A stretch of 64,000 bases of DNA from Candidatus Hadarchaeota archaeon. Lineage in GTDB: Archaea > CAYQAE01 > CAYVLA01. Positions 37,300 to 48,516 of the stretch are shown piece by piece; position 1 is the stretch's first letter; each line of letters opens with the position of its first letter. The translations under genes were made by a program, and so were the position numbers. The notes under the pieces are model-generated. The model searched no databases and was not told the origin of the DNA. It was given only the letters and a program-made list of their open reading frames with translations. The stretch is from the NCBI GenBank assembly GCA_964452145.1, contig CAYVLA010000006.1:1-64000 (forward strand), read 5' to 3'.

Positions 37300-38409
37300 A
37301 TGCCCGCTCAGGATTTGACGGTGAGCCTGGCCAGGATCCCGGTACCAGGGGCCCTTGAGGTCGTCTCCCTGGTCTCGCATCCGGGGGGATCCATCTTCGG
37401 TGGGGTGACCGGGGCCAAAGACCACCTCTTCTTCGAATACGATCCACGGTCGGGGCGCACCCGAGACCTCGGCAATCTCGTGCGCTCGGGCACCCAGATC
37501 GTGAGGCGGAACGGCAAAGCCGTCGAGCAGAAGATCCACAAATCCCTAAGCATAGCCCCAAACGGACTGATAGTCGGCGCCACCGGTCAGAACATCGTCG
37601 TCATGGATCCCGACTACAGGATGGATGATGACGAGGGAGGCCACGTTTTCTCCTACGACGTAGGGACCGGCAGGTGCATGGACATTTGCATACCGGTGCC
37701 ACACGAATGGATAATCAACTGCACCATATCCCAAGACGCCAGGTATGCCTACGGCATGACCTATCCCCTGAACCACGTCTGGCAGGTGGATCTCAGGACC
37801 GGGGAAGGACGGACCCTGGGACAGGTCCACGGACAGACTGTCGGCGACAGCGCCTGCAGCCACGAGTCCCTCTGCGATCTGGACGGCAGGCTATATGGCT
37901 CGTGCTGGAGGGGCCAGATATTCAGATATGACCCTGAGGAGGATGAGCTTGAGGAGACGGATGCATGTCTCCCAGGGGGCGACCTGCGAATCGATTCCCT
38001 GGCTCTGGAGAAGGAGACGGGCATGATATTCGGAGGAACTTGGGAGGGGGGCCACCTGTTCCGGCTGGACCCTGGGGACATGTCCGTGGAACTGCTATGT
38101 ACGCCTCACGCCGGCCCCAGGCTTCCCGCCCTCAAGTTCGGGGCAAACGGGATCCTGTACGGAGCCGCGGGAGGTGGCCACCAGTATGGGACGCGCTCGG
38201 CCTTCCTTTTCTCCTACGATCCTCGGTCCCGGCAGATGACGGAGATCGGGGACATCGCGACGCCCGACGGCATCCGGGGAGAGAGGATGCACACGATGGC
38301 GATCGATCGCCACGGCTCCATCTACCTGGGGGAGACGGGCATCACTTCCGGCCAGGCGGGCGAAGTGGGCTTCAACCCCTACGTCTTCATATGCAGTGTT
38401 GAGGACTAG
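37300..38409 (+). CDS. Beta-propeller hypothetical protein
   Basis: Repeated FxYDP..G..LG blade motifs. Confidence 0.65.
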   Translation: MPAQDLTVSLARIPVPGALEVVSLVSHPGGSIFGGVTGAKDHLFFEYDPRSGRTRDLGNLVRSGTQIVRRNGKAVEQKIHKSLSIAPNGLIVGATGQNIVVMDPDYRMDDDEGGHVFSYDVGTGRCMDICIPVPHEWIINCTISQDARYAYGMTYPLNHVWQVDLRTGEGRTLGQVHGQTVGDSACSHESLCDLDGRLYGSCWRGQIFRYDPEEDELEETDACLPGGDLRIDSLALEKETGMIFGGTWEGGHLFRLDPGDMSVELLCTPHAGPRLPALKFGANGILYGAAGGGHQYGTRSAFLFSYDPRSRQMTEIGDIATPDGIRGERMHTMAIDRHGSIYLGETGITSGQAGEVGFNPYVFICSVED

Positions 38410-38447
38410 ATGCCCTAGCTGCCACTCCAAGGAGACCATCTGACGCT

Positions 38448-38726
38448 CTAGGCACCCCCGCCCTCAACCTCGATCTCCAGTGACGGGGCCTCTGCCTCCT
38501 CTGCGCCGTCCTCCTCGACCCACCGGCACCAGGCCTCGGCCCACTCGCTCTCCCTCTTCAGTTTTTCCTGATAGTCCTCCATGGAGACGAACTTGGTCCC
38601 ACAGACGTTGCATATCCATTCACGATTCCCGTCAATGAAGGCCGGGTTCTTCCCCAAGATGGTTCCCCCGCACCCTATCCACGGACATACCATATTCTCT
38701 AACCTAGGCATCTCTTTCACCTGCAT
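38448..38726 (-). CDS. Small Zn-finger protein with acidic tail
   Basis: CPWIGCG ... CNVCG. Confidence 0.55.
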   Translation of the reverse strand: MQVKEMPRLENMVCPWIGCGGTILGKNPAFIDGNREWICNVCGTKFVSMEDYQEKLKRESEWAEAWCRWVEEDGAEEAEAPSLEIEVEGGGA

Positions 38727-39061
38727 ATCTTCCTATGCGGAGATCGCTCCCTTCACGGGATCTCCTTTTCGGATCATCAGGTCCCTATCGAAGGCCGGGC
38801 CCAGTCGGACCGGCAAAGAAGACAGGCGGCCTTCCCCCTTGCTTATCTATTGGGATTCATCACTAAAAAACCTTACTGACATGATATCACATCACATCAT
38901 GTTCCATGTTTCAGTAAACCCCTCTCTTGGGGCCTACACAGCCCTGGCCCAGATCGCGGCAAGGAGATTGGAAGCAGAAGCCTTGTCTTGCGCGGGGCCT
39001 GGCAATGTCATGCAAGAACCGCCCCGGGTAGTCGAATCCCCCCAAGCAGGACTTCGCTTCG

Positions 39062-39841
39062 ATGCTCGTCAGGCCTTGGAAGAAGATATCAACAGGCAGT
39101 TCCCCCAGCCCACCATTGGCTAGGAAGGAAGCCGCTGACATCAGGCGGATAGTCGCCCAAGTCTGCACGGCGAAGTGTCTGGAAGCATGCCCCTCAGTTT
39201 CGGCGGTATACCTGTCCGGGAGCTTGGCACGGGGCGATTGGGTTGCGGGCTTCAGCGACGTGGACCTAGTCGTCCTAGGTGAGAGGGTCCATGTGGGCGA
39301 CGTTCAACGACTGAAGAAGCTGTTGGAGGAGACGCTGGGGGGAGTCAGCGTGTCGATCGTGCCGAGGGATCTGGCGGGTGCGGACAGGATCGAAACCTAC
39401 CTGCTTGCGTGCGACAGCTCTCTGCTTGTAGGCGAGGACCTATTGGGCCACCCGGCAAGACCGGGTGAAGCCGAGATCCGAGAACACGGCAGGATGCTGC
39501 TCAAACAGCAGATCGAGGACTGGATTCGTTTCAGGGATTCCCGGAAAGATTCAGAACGCAGCGAGGATGCATCCAGCACGGTCTACATGGTGCTGAAGCT
39601 TGGCCAAGCAGCTCTGCTTTCCAGAGGTCGCATATGCTTCGGCTCCAAGGAGATCCTGAACGAATTCCGCCAGCATTTTGCGGGTGATCTGGTCTCCTAC
39701 GTGAAGGAAGCATACGAGCTGAGATCACACTGGCCAGATGTCAGGACGGACAGGAAGCGGCTGCAAGCATTCTCCAAGGGTGCGGTGAGGTTCGCCTACC
39801 TCCTGAAGAAGGAACTTGAGCATAAGGAGGTCCTTCCATAG
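39062..39841 (+). CDS. Pol-beta-type nucleotidyltransferase with helical C-terminal domain
   Basis: YLSGSLARGD..SDVDLVV (GS..DxD motif); start uncertain. Confidence 0.8.
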   Translation: MLVRPWKKISTGSSPSPPLARKEAADIRRIVAQVCTAKCLEACPSVSAVYLSGSLARGDWVAGFSDVDLVVLGERVHVGDVQRLKKLLEETLGGVSVSIVPRDLAGADRIETYLLACDSSLLVGEDLLGHPARPGEAEIREHGRMLLKQQIEDWIRFRDSRKDSERSEDASSTVYMVLKLGQAALLSRGRICFGSKEILNEFRQHFAGDLVSYVKEAYELRSHWPDVRTDRKRLQAFSKGAVRFAYLLKKELEHKEVLP

Positions 39842-40061
39842 GATCGGCGGAAACAGGATCCGACCCTGCAGCTAATAGGGACTTGCCGGTTCGCCGGCGA
39901 TGGCCAGACATCGGCCACAAGGCCCGATAGAGCTGGAGGCGATCTGCCGGCTGATGGCACCAAGGCGGGGAGGCAATATTCTTGAACCGCAACACGGCAG
40001 ACCCAGGGATTCTGCACGCAAAATCCAGCCTTGCACCGAAACCAAGGAAGGGAGCCATCTC

Positions 40062-42857
40062 ATGAACGCGGAATACGATGTTGTGGTGGTGGGCGGCGGA
40101 CTTGCCGGGGTGGCCTGCGCCCTCGCTTTGGCCCATCGCGGGAAGCAGATCCTATTGGTGGAAAGACGTCCTGCACTCGGCTGGGAGAGCACATGGGCCG
40201 GGCAATTGGACTACGGCGGTATCCGCTCGCCCCTGACTAGGCAGATCCTCCAAGAGGTCGAACGCGTCGGTGGGATGAACGGAAACGTGGTGGACGGTCC
40301 CATACTGGAACTGGTCCTAGATCGACTTGTTCGAAGCGCCGGGATCTCCGTGCTGCTCTATTCCCTTCCCGTCCGCCTTGTGTTCGAGGAGGAGGTTGCA
40401 CTCGGGGTGGTCGTCGCCAGCAGGAGCGGGGAACAATTTGTGCGGGGCAGGGCCATCGTCGATGCCACGGAGGAGGCACTCCTCTGGAAGCAGACCGAGC
40501 TCATCGCCGAGGAACTTGGACCGGTTCCTGGGCGACACAGCTTCTACATGAACCACGCCGAAAGGGATCTGGCCCTTCCCCTCGACATGGGAAATGGCAT
40601 GTACATCCGGCCCTCAATTTGGGGCGGGGAGGTCCGCGTGGACTATGTCCTAACACAGGCCGACCTCGCGACCGCGCGCAGCGCGTTGCCCGATGCGATA
40701 CGTCGAGCACGTCGGCTAGCTCAGCTCAAGGACGCCCTGGTTTCCCACGTTTCGAATGAGACATTCCCGCTGTCTCCTTCCGTCCGATTCGAGCAAGGCG
40801 GCATCGTCCACCCCGGATTCTGCAATCTGTATGGCTGCGGCATCTGGGCAGCTGAGGCGGAAAACGATCCTGTCGGGCGGCTGCGACTAGGGGAACGTGT
40901 GGCGGCAGCGGTGGAAACCTGCGACCTGCCCACACGCTCCGCCAAGGCGCTGGTTGCCGGATCCGTATCCTCACCTCCTGAGACCAGGACCCATATTCTG
41001 GTGGTGGGGGGTGGAACAGCCGGTGCGATCGCGGCGATCGCAGCTGCTCGAAGCGGCGTCAGTACCACGCTGATCGAGGAGACGACCTCTCTGGGAGGCA
41101 TCGGCACGATGGGTGCGATCCACTACTACTACCATGGGCTCACCGGCGGGATACAGGATGAGGTAGATGCCCGCACATCCCGGATCACCCCGCTGTTCTG
41201 CGGCAGGTGGAATGTGAGCGGCTTTCACCCGGAGGCCAAGAAACAGGTCCTACACGAGATGGCCCAGGAGGCGGGCGTAGAGGTTCGCTACAACACGATC
41301 GTGACTGGCGTGCGGCTCCAAAGCGGCGAGGTGCGGAGACCAGCCCAACCCGGCAAGGAGGTGGTCGTTAGGGACGGCCAAGAACGCCAGAAGTTGCTGG
41401 GGGTGCTTGCGGCCTCACCAAGCGGAGTTGTCGTATACGAGGCTGAGGCCTTCATCGACTGTACAGGTGATGGGGATGTGGCCGCGCTGTCGGGCGCGCC
41501 TTTCATTCTGGGCCGGGAGAAGGACAACATCTGCCACACATACACCCAGGCCGCCGGCAAGCTCGACCCAGAAACCGGAGGCCTGTGTCACCTCAACTTC
41601 GATGCGGGATATGTTGACCCGACCGATGTCGAGGACATGACCCGGGCCCGCCGGTACGGCCTTCAACTATACTGGCAGGAACCATTCACGAAGGACACCC
41701 GGCTTCTCTACATCGCACCCATGCTCGGGGTCCGCCAGGGTCGGCAGATCATCGGCGAATACCAGCTGACCCTCGCCGACGAAATCGCGGGAAGGCGCTT
41801 CGAGGATGCAGTGTCCTTCATGCAGGCCCACTACGACAACCATGGCTACGACTACGAGAACGAAAGCGACGAGGCCGCCCTCTGGGTTTGGGTTCTTGGC
41901 AACTGGAGGAAGCCCATCGGGTGCGAGGTCCCCTACCGCTGTCTGCTTCCCAGCAACGTTGACGGATTGCTGCTTGCCAGCCGGGCGCTTTCGATGACCT
42001 ATGACGCCCACCACGCCTTTCGGATGCAGAGGGACCTCCAACGCGTCGGCGAGGTGGCTGCTCTGGCCGCGGTTCAAGCGGTTAGAGACGGCGTGGAACC
42101 AAGGCAGGTCGACGTGAGGAAGCTACAGTCCGTGCTCAGGGAAAGGGGAATCCTGGATGACCGGTATCGGCCAAAGCCCGCGATATCCGAGCACCAGGTC
42201 CAGCAACTCCCCGGCGACAGCTCTATCGATACCGATCGGGCCGGAGGACTGGCCTGGCTGGCGGTTCGCGGTGGACAGGCCGGTCTTCCCGGGCTGAAGG
42301 ATGCCTTGGCATCGCCCGATCCCACGGTGCGCTTCAAGGCGGCCGCGGCGCTTGCACGTCTTGGTCAAGAGCAAGGGTTGTCGGCGCTTCTGAGATGTGT
42401 AGAAGAGCGAGCGGCCGAGGTGCCCGAGGGTATGCGGACCGTCCCTGTGTGGCAAGCAGCGATTCCGTTTCTGGGCATCCCTGGGCATCGCGAGGCGGTC
42501 CCGGCGCTGGTGGAGGTCCTGCGCGATCCCCAGGCTCCCATCGATGCGTTGGTTGCATCGGTGCGCTCGCTGGGAAGAATTGGCGAACCGGGGGCGTTGA
42601 AGGCCCTGCGACGGCTCCTGCATCGTCAGGATCTACCCGCCGAGCGAACCCTTCGTGCGCCGCCTGGCGTGAAGCCTGCGGTGGAGGATGCGCGATGGCA
42701 ACTTGTCGTCGCGGCGGCCGAGGCGATGGGAAGGCTCGGCGCTACAGCCAATGAAGTGAGGCATATCCTGCAACACTACCTGGTGGATGAGAGAGCCTAC
42801 GTTCGCCGCTATGCTGCTCGCATTCTTCGGGAAGCCGGCATACCCCCCACTCCGTAG
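40062..42857 (+). CDS. FAD-dependent oxidoreductase with two Rossmann domains and C-terminal HEAT repeats
   Basis: VVGGGLAG and VVGGGTAG; IDCTGDGDVA; VPYRCLLP; HEAT-like DPTVRFKAAAALARLG. Confidence 0.85.
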   Translation: MNAEYDVVVVGGGLAGVACALALAHRGKQILLVERRPALGWESTWAGQLDYGGIRSPLTRQILQEVERVGGMNGNVVDGPILELVLDRLVRSAGISVLLYSLPVRLVFEEEVALGVVVASRSGEQFVRGRAIVDATEEALLWKQTELIAEELGPVPGRHSFYMNHAERDLALPLDMGNGMYIRPSIWGGEVRVDYVLTQADLATARSALPDAIRRARRLAQLKDALVSHVSNETFPLSPSVRFEQGGIVHPGFCNLYGCGIWAAEAENDPVGRLRLGERVAAAVETCDLPTRSAKALVAGSVSSPPETRTHILVVGGGTAGAIAAIAAARSGVSTTLIEETTSLGGIGTMGAIHYYYHGLTGGIQDEVDARTSRITPLFCGRWNVSGFHPEAKKQVLHEMAQEAGVEVRYNTIVTGVRLQSGEVRRPAQPGKEVVVRDGQERQKLLGVLAASPSGVVVYEAEAFIDCTGDGDVAALSGAPFILGREKDNICHTYTQAAGKLDPETGGLCHLNFDAGYVDPTDVEDMTRARRYGLQLYWQEPFTKDTRLLYIAPMLGVRQGRQIIGEYQLTLADEIAGRRFEDAVSFMQAHYDNHGYDYENESDEAALWVWVLGNWRKPIGCEVPYRCLLPSNVDGLLLASRALSMTYDAHHAFRMQRDLQRVGEVAALAAVQAVRDGVEPRQVDVRKLQSVLRERGILDDRYRPKPAISEHQVQQLPGDSSIDTDRAGGLAWLAVRGGQAGLPGLKDALASPDPTVRFKAAAALARLGQEQGLSALLRCVEERAAEVPEGMRTVPVWQAAIPFLGIPGHREAVPALVEVLRDPQAPIDALVASVRSLGRIGEPGALKALRRLLHRQDLPAERTLRAPPGVKPAVEDARWQLVVAAAEAMGRLGATANEVRHILQHYLVDERAYVRRYAARILREAGIPPTP

Positions 42858-43797
42858 ATCCCCGTGCCTATGTCCACTGCGATTAAACGATACGAGATCC
42901 CCTTCATGAGCTCGATCCGCAGGAGAGAGGGATCCGAGACGGCACACATCCGGTGGGGACAGCCCTGGCACAAGATGCAAAGACACGAAGGGGTGTTGGG
43001 GCACCCGCCCGCATTCAACCATACTGATCCGAATCCAGCTTCCTCCTGCGTGCTCTCGCCACGGTTCGATCCTCACAGAAGATGTGAGAGGCCCGCGAGG
43101 AAGCCTCGGATCGGATTGTTGATCTCGGTCTCGCGGAATGGCTGGGCACGATCACATCTGGGTGTACGCAATGATGCCAACGCGATCCTGCGAATCGGGG
43201 TGTATGTTAGGGATGGGCCGTGATGCCTAAGGTCCTCAGGCGGAAACGGGATGCCCTCGTGGAGTTCGAGGTAAGGACCTATCGGAATCACAGGTCTTCT
43301 CTTCGCCGAAGAGACCAAGAGGTTCCACGGGCCCTATCGGGAAGGGAGGGACTGGGCCTCATCCTTGAGGGAGTTCACAGTTGCCTCAGAGCCAACGAGA
43401 GGACGCCAGTGGGTTATGATCTGTCCGATCCCTTTCGACTGCACTTCCTAGCTTGGGTTGGGGTCAGCGGAGTAACAGTAAAGGTCATGCCGGATCGGGA
43501 GACGAGGATCCTTTCTTGATGTGTTCTTTCGTAGGTGACGATGGTGAAAAGGCCAATTCATCATGGGTCCGATGGACCATCCGTTAACAAAGACGTCGCC
43601 TCACTGCAACCATTGGCTGAGGCGGCTCTGGTAGACAACACTATGCACAACGGCACACGACGTGCATTGCGAGATACGCAACCCTGCCTAAGGTATTCGA
43701 GACGGCGTCTTGCGAATCTGGCAGGCACTGGGTTGACCCCGGGATAGCATTAGCAAATATGAAGAGCCAATTCTTAACCAGGCGGAGGAATGCAGCG

Positions 43798-43953
43798 GTG
43801 GATCTGCTCGAACCAATTCATCACAACTCAACCTCCCTGATGGTACTGGCCATCGCCGTGGTGGTTGCCTGCCTGTTCCTTGCTGCCTTTCTCCAAGGAC
43901 GTCAGAGGAGAAGACGAGATGTCTTCTTCCGGCCCCCGCAAACGCTTCTGTGA
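43798..43953 (+). CDS. Small single-TM protein, 51 aa
   Basis: GGAGG SD, GTG start, TM LMVLAIAVVVACLFLAAFL followed by RQRRRR. Confidence 0.45.
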   Translation: MDLLEPIHHNSTSLMVLAIAVVVACLFLAAFLQGRQRRRRDVFFRPPQTLL

Positions 43954-45139
43954 ATCCGTCAAGGCGACAGCCTAACGGTGAAGAGTCAACCCGACCCCAG
44001 ATGCTAGTCGTAGGGTCCCGCGGATAGGCCCGCGACGGCTATCCTCCACAAGGTCTCAGGTGTTCGTGGCAGGTCGCGTTGCGGAATGTGGCTAGATCAC
44101 ATGGACAAAGACCGAGGAATCACGGACGACCAGCCCTTCCGGCAGCGTACCGAGTCGAAATTATCGAGAGTCGTGGAGATCGTGCGGAGGAGGTAGTATA
44201 TCGGCTGAAGCTGGGCAGGCTGATCGGATCGGACCGGAAAGCGTTGCGAAGGAGGGTCGGGGACCTAGGATGACCCACACCGGTGGCTGTCCTCGGCCTC
44301 AGGTGCTTGCTGTGGGCATCCACCGACCATTCTGGAATGCTTCATGAGACGCCAGCCGTGGATCCACCAAAAGCCCCCTAGCCCTGCGAGAATCCCATCC
44401 AAGCTTACTGTGCCAAGGAACCCAGATCTAAGCGATGGCCCGACATTGAAGGAGCGGGAGCGACCCATCCTTGAGGGACAACGAGTTTGGGCCCAAGAAG
44501 AGGAGGCTTCCCTACAACGAGTACAAGAAAAGGGAGCTGGGGGAGATGCAGAAACGCCTTCTCGACTCCGGCCTCTTAAACGATAGAAAACCAAAGGGAT
44601 ACGGTCTCTTCACCCGTCTATGTCGCGAGATCTTGGACCTGGCGCATGGAGGACGGTGGCACAGGAAGTAGGAGACACCCGCCACGCCAAGAACCCTCTT
44701 CTCTGACCTAGGCAAGGCGATCAAGGGGTTTCCTCCCCAGGGGGAAGATCAGCCGACCGTTGGCTCGCCCCTGCAGCGAGGGGCTGGAAACCTGAAGCTG
44801 GCATTGAGCCACCCCCTGACGAGGTGCGGAATACCTTTGAACCTACCTTCGCGGTGAGGGGCCTAGTTCAGCGCCACGCTGATCGCCTTCCTCTGGAAGC
44901 CAGCCTTACTTCCAACCTGCAGACGGCCGCTGCCTAGGTCGTGGTCTGGGTCGAGATCGCAGCATTCCTTCGCCCGCAAGGGTTCCTCGACGGTGTCTTG
45001 AACGCTCGATCGGGGACTTGGGGCCTGAGACCGACTACAGGTGGGATCGCACTGGCCGGACCTCGAGCGGTCGGGCAACTCCTCCAGGGAGAGATTTATC
45101 CTCCATGAGCCGTCTCCGCTTCGCCAGGGAGTTGACAAA

Positions 45140-47170
45140 CTGAAGCTCGCGTTCACATGTCGAAGGGGCAACGACCTATACGAGATCGTGTCATCACAAG
45201 ACGGAAGAACCATCCGCTACGATGACCCCGCGCAGGCCATTGATGGGGCGGGGAAAGAAGGCGGCGCGCTGATCCTCGCCGAGGAGTACCCCTCCACCGG
45301 GACCAGGATCGAGGAATCCTGGATAAGACAGGCCTCCGAGAACGATGTCAGGCTTTTCGTTGAATATCCCAGCTCCATGCCCGGCCTTTCCGTAGGAAAG
45401 CCGATCACTGCGCGATGGGAGAGGGCCGTCGTCACCTCGGACTGCTTCGGGCCCGAACTGGCGAGGATGAGGATACTGGACCTCCATGGATGCAGCTTCG
45501 TGCCGCTGAAGGCCACGGATCCCTGCTTGGTTCTTGCAAGGGTCGCTGGCTTCGATAGCGCCTCCTACGGCCTGCCTGCCACGGTCTACCCATTGCTGTT
45601 CAAACACCCCGGGCTTGATTTCCTCATATCCACCACGAAGCTGACCAATTTCGTCACGGCAAGGTACAGCCCGACGGAAGCATGGGCTTACGTGTGGAGG
45701 ACGATCCTATCCTGGCTGACCCGGGACACATATCGACCTGAAGTACATTGGACGCCGACGGTCCGTCCCCGCTATGGGAAGGAACAGGTTGTGCCCAATG
45801 ATGTGGAACTGGACACCTTCATGCGGGGCATCCGTTGGTTCCACAGATCGGGCATCATCGTTGCACGGAATGAAGGCACCCCGGAAGGGGTCGACATGTG
45901 CAGAGGCGACGGCACTAAGGGGATCTACGAGGGCTTCTCATCCCTTGTACGTACGGACGGAAGCCAGCCAATGGCGAAGAGCCTCCGCAATGATTGCATC
46001 GGGGAAGCAGCGGGAGCCATAGCAATTGGAGCCCTGATCAGGGACGATGAGGAAGGGCGAAAGATTGCTTCCAACCTGAACGACTACATCTACCATCACT
46101 CCGTGTTCGCCAAAGGCCCGAGGGCCGACCCCGAGAGCCCTTCATACGGCTTGCTGAGCTGGGCCGCCCACCCTCCCTCTGATGGGATCTACTACGGCGA
46201 TGACAACGCCCGGAGCATGTTAGGCACCATGCTTTCATCTGCCGTCCTTAAGTCGAGCCGTTGGGACGAGGGCCTTCTGCGTTGCCTCATGGCCAACCTG
46301 AGGACCACGGGGACGCTGGGCTTCCGAGGACACAGGCTGGAGGAGCCCGAACTGCAGGAAAAGGGCTGGCAACACTTCGCCAGCCGGTCCATAACCGACT
46401 ACGCTCCTCACTATGAGGCGTACCTCTGGGCATGTTTCCTGTGGGCGTTCAGAGCCACCGGATACGCTCCGTTCCTTGAGAAGGCAAGGAGCGCCATCGC
46501 GATGACGATGGAGGCGTACCCGGATGAATGGGAATGGACCAACGGGATCGCCCAGGAGCGGGCAAGGTTCCTGCTTCCTCTGGCCTGGCTGGTGAGAGTG
46601 GAGGACACGGCGGAACATCGTTCATGGCTCAGGGCCATGGGGGAGGAGGTCATCTCCAGACAGGACAGATGCGGAGCCCTCAGAGAGGAGATCGGCGGCC
46701 CGGGTAAGGGCCACTACGGGCCCCCCAGGTCCAACGATGAGTACGGCACCAACGAGGCGACACTGCTGGAGAAAAACGGCGATCCGATATGCGACATGCT
46801 GTACACCACCAACTTCGCTTTCCTGGGGCTGCGTGAGGCGGCCGAGGCAACCCGCGAGACGATCTTCATCAATGCAGAGGAGAGACTGGCCAAGTTCCTG
46901 TGCCGCATACAGGTCCGATCCGAGAAGCACCCAGAGCTGGATGGGGCCTGGTTCAGAGGCTTCGACTTCGGCAGATGGGATTACTGGGCCAGTAATGCCG
47001 ACCTTGGCTGGGGCGTCTGGTCCATCGAGAGCGGATGGACCCAAAGCTGGATCGTCTCAGTCCTCGGACTACGCCAGATGAAGACCTCCCTCTGGGAAAT
47101 CGCGGCCCAGACAGAGATCGCTCTACACCTCAAAGGACTTCTCAAAGCCATGCTTCCGGAAGAGCGGTAG
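45140..47170 (+). CDS. Hypothetical protein with probable alpha/alpha-barrel (glycosidase-like) C-terminal domain
   Basis: Long ORF with helical repeats, YYGDDNAR, ESGW; TATA-like box at 45095 suggests a start downstream of the track start 45041 (CTG 45140 proposed). Confidence 0.55.
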   Translation: MKLAFTCRRGNDLYEIVSSQDGRTIRYDDPAQAIDGAGKEGGALILAEEYPSTGTRIEESWIRQASENDVRLFVEYPSSMPGLSVGKPITARWERAVVTSDCFGPELARMRILDLHGCSFVPLKATDPCLVLARVAGFDSASYGLPATVYPLLFKHPGLDFLISTTKLTNFVTARYSPTEAWAYVWRTILSWLTRDTYRPEVHWTPTVRPRYGKEQVVPNDVELDTFMRGIRWFHRSGIIVARNEGTPEGVDMCRGDGTKGIYEGFSSLVRTDGSQPMAKSLRNDCIGEAAGAIAIGALIRDDEEGRKIASNLNDYIYHHSVFAKGPRADPESPSYGLLSWAAHPPSDGIYYGDDNARSMLGTMLSSAVLKSSRWDEGLLRCLMANLRTTGTLGFRGHRLEEPELQEKGWQHFASRSITDYAPHYEAYLWACFLWAFRATGYAPFLEKARSAIAMTMEAYPDEWEWTNGIAQERARFLLPLAWLVRVEDTAEHRSWLRAMGEEVISRQDRCGALREEIGGPGKGHYGPPRSNDEYGTNEATLLEKNGDPICDMLYTTNFAFLGLREAAEATRETIFINAEERLAKFLCRIQVRSEKHPELDGAWFRGFDFGRWDYWASNADLGWGVWSIESGWTQSWIVSVLGLRQMKTSLWEIAAQTEIALHLKGLLKAMLPEER

Positions 47171-47179
47171 GACGGCACA

Positions 47180-48367
47180 TCAGTGCTTGGTGTTGGCTGC
47201 AGCTTCAAGCCGGTCGAATATCCTCCACAGCAATAGCATAGCCCGGGGAACATGGAAGCAGCCCTTCCACTTCCCTCCCTTCAGCGGGATCAGGACGTTG
47301 CCCGCCCGGTCAAGATAGCCCCACCACTCGCCGTACTCAGGATCGGGGAAATGGCTCCACGCATACTCATGCACCCTGCAATACCATTCCCAACACTTCC
47401 TGTCTTGGGTCACCTCGTAGGCAAGGGCCAGGCCCACCAACGCCTCCAGATGGACCCACCACAGCTTCTGGGACCATTCCAGCTGGAGCGGAGGCTTCCC
47501 CATGGAGTCCAGATAGTAGAAGATCCCCCCGCACTTCCGGTCCCAGCCGAACTCAAGCTGCCCGAGCATCGCGTTCATCGCCGGCCGAACGCAGTCCTCC
47601 CTCCCCAGGCGTCGGGCAACATCCATGATGAACCACATGGCCTCTATGCCGTGGCCGGGCAGTATGCATCGACCCTCGAAGGTGTCGGGATGGCCTCCAT
47701 CGGGGAAGACGTTCTCGTAGATCAGGCCCCGCTGTGGATCAACAAGACGACCCATGACCAGGTTGAGGTTATCCACGGCAACCTGCTCAAGCATGGGGTC
47801 CTCCAGATGGGATGAAAGCTCCAAAGATAGATTGATCGTTATCATCGGCAGGGCAAGAGAAATCAGGGGGCGCGTCCCGGGGTAGACCTTGGAGTAGATG
47901 CCCTTCGGATTGTCCTTGCGCCTCTGGATGTTCCTGTAGGTCGCCAATGCCATCTCCTTTGCCCAGTCCTCCCCGGTGGCTTTGAAGTACTCGGAGAAGG
48001 CCATTGACGCGAAGCAGTCCGAGAAGATGTTGTAAGGCTGCACCAGCGGCCTGCCCTCTCGATTCAGGGCGAAGTAGTAGTTGCCGCCTTCGTCGGATCC
48101 GTGGCGTCGAAGGAATTCGGCACCGAGGGAAGCGATCTCGAGCCACTCGGACTTGGCCTGCACCTCGTTGTAGAGCTTTGAATAGGTCCAGACCTGCCTT
48201 GCCTGCAGCCAGACGAACTTGTCGGTGTCGTAGACCCTTCCCTGTCGATCAAGGCATGTGAAGTAGCCACCGTGCTCTCGGTCGAGGGAATGGTCGCTCC
48301 AGAAGGGAACGATATCATCCAACAACGTGTGCCTGTAGAGCGGGCCGAGCTCCGACGCATCGGGAAT
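47180..48367 (-). CDS. N-acylglucosamine 2-epimerase (AGE family)
   Basis: GGYFTCLDR, DKFVWLQARQVW, PGHGIEAMWF, KLWWVHLE, KWKGCFHVPR; start uncertain (TTATAA at ~48425). Confidence 0.92.
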   Translation of the reverse strand: MPDASELGPLYRHTLLDDIVPFWSDHSLDREHGGYFTCLDRQGRVYDTDKFVWLQARQVWTYSKLYNEVQAKSEWLEIASLGAEFLRRHGSDEGGNYYFALNREGRPLVQPYNIFSDCFASMAFSEYFKATGEDWAKEMALATYRNIQRRKDNPKGIYSKVYPGTRPLISLALPMITINLSLELSSHLEDPMLEQVAVDNLNLVMGRLVDPQRGLIYENVFPDGGHPDTFEGRCILPGHGIEAMWFIMDVARRLGREDCVRPAMNAMLGQLEFGWDRKCGGIFYYLDSMGKPPLQLEWSQKLWWVHLEALVGLALAYEVTQDRKCWEWYCRVHEYAWSHFPDPEYGEWWGYLDRAGNVLIPLKGGKWKGCFHVPRAMLLLWRIFDRLEAAANTKH

Positions 48368-48516
48368 GTGTACACCACCTGGTCCCCAGAATTCGGTGGA
48401 CGGTGAGAGTCTGCCGGGCTGGTTATAAGTGTGCGGGCGGCCTCCCAGAATGGCCCCTGATTCCTGTGGGGTGAGCGTCGAACCCATCTTGCCGCGCTCT
48501 TCTTCCGATGGCTTCG

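Noticed and set aside
39062..39841. MNT-HEPN toxin-antitoxin or CBASS cyclase
   Set aside because: No separate HEPN or effector gene is adjacent, and no clear RxxxxH motif was seen.
43055..43090. tRNA T-loop-like GGTTCGATCC
   Set aside because: The flanks do not form a T-stem or cloverleaf.
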